The notes beneath the pieces were generated by a model. The model did no database searches. It was not told the origin of the DNA and was given only the letters and a program-made list of their open reading frames with translations. From a virus (lineage: Duplodnaviria; Heunggongvirae; Uroviricota; Caudoviricetes): a stretch of 64,000 bases of DNA. Below are positions 63,556-64,000 of the stretch, in pieces. The DNA is taken from positions 14,132 to 78,131 of the IMG/VR virus record IMGVR_UViG_3300050011_000047. One strand, given 5' to 3'. The position numbers were made by a program, and so were the translations under genes. The first letter of the stretch is position 1. The number at the start of each line of letters is the position of its first letter.

Positions 63556-64000
63556 ATGAGTGCTCAGGGATTCCAAGGCCCACAGAGGATCGACCTCCGC
63601 GTGCTCGGCTCGCGCTCGGCTACGGCGCTCTCAGAGGAGCAGCGGCTCATCCTGCGCGGCGCGACTGAGGTAGACATCCCTCGGTGGGTCGAGAAGGTCA
63701 AGGGCAACCCTAGAAAACCGTGCCATCGCGGTAGCGGAGACGGACTACGGCTCGCGGTCGAACGCGCGAGAGGCGCTTGGACTTATTGCGCAGGCCGAAC
63801 TCGCGCTCAAATGCGCCGGCCTTCTTCGCAGGCGTGCGAGGGCGTTCGAGTGATGTTCCGGTTCCTGTTCAATCATCGCGGCGAGACGGGCTTGGTCGGC
63901 ACGTTTGAGCAATGGCTTTACTATCGCGGCATCCCGTGCGGCCTCTACCACCGCTTCTACTGGCGCGAGATACGGCGTGAGCAGAAGGTCGGACGGTTCC
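63556..64000 (+). CDS. possible plus-strand CDS running off the window end
   Basis: Open frame from ATG 63556 (also ATG 63853) with no stop before the window end. High GC3 in the distal part. Absent from the ORF track for lack of a stop. Confidence 0.2.
   Translation, partial: MSAQGFQGPQRIDLRVLGSRSATALSEEQRLILRGATEVDIPRWVEKVKGNPRKPCHRGSGDGLRLAVERARGAWTYCAGRTRAQMRRPSSQACEGVRVMFRFLFNHRGETGLVGTFEQWLYYRGIPCGLYHRFYWREIRREQKVGRF

Overview
This 64-kb window is high-GC (~65%), densely coding and organised like a large tailed actinobacteriophage genome or prophage. Several promoters appear leaderless (a -10 hexamer 6-8 nt before the start codon), which is common in Actinobacteria.

Plus-strand block, 1-29,980:
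- A virion-glycosylation-like cassette: two family-1 glycosyltransferases, a PIG-L deacetylase, FkbM and TylF-type methyltransferases, and unknowns.
- Small genes, then head-tail connector genes, major tail protein, tail assembly chaperones (probable +1 frameshift) and a 747-aa tape measure protein.
- Minor tail proteins, a collagen-like glycine-rich fibre protein, a glycosyltransferase embedded among the tail genes, and a LamG-like protein.
- A portal gene, then a 2004-aa MuF-like virion protein. It carries an intein-like insertion in its HPN/CRC motif, two HEYGH zinc-peptidase-like motifs, an ADP-ribosyltransferase-like domain (R / STS / ExE), a poly-proline linker and a C-terminal domain.

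Minus-strand block, 30,028-63,296:
- DNA metabolism and host-takeover genes: FtsH-like AAA metalloprotease, SPFH/band-7 protein, HslV/proteasome-like Ntn hydrolase, short tyrosine recombinase, metallophosphoesterase, Sak4-like ATPase with a Cas4-like nuclease, SNF2 helicase, RuvC-like resolvase, family-A DNA polymerase, dNMP kinase, sigma-70 family sigma factor, MazG, primase-helicase, DUF4326 protein and a DNA N6-adenine methyltransferase.
- At least eight homing-endonuclease-like genes across the window: three paralogous LAGLIDADG with an AWAAGFFDGEG motif, one more LAGLIDADG-like, two HNH and two GIY-YIG. Several sit in low-GC islands.

Non-coding signals: two copies of a palindrome-plus-leaderless-promoter element; a recurring CAAGTTTT...AAAACTT palindromic site family near a small HTH gene and elsewhere; TGATAGAAT extended -10 promoters; intrinsic terminators. 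Capsid and terminase genes were not seen in the window. All calls come from reading the sequence and translations; no database searches were run. Start coordinates I placed by hand may be off by 1-2 nt.
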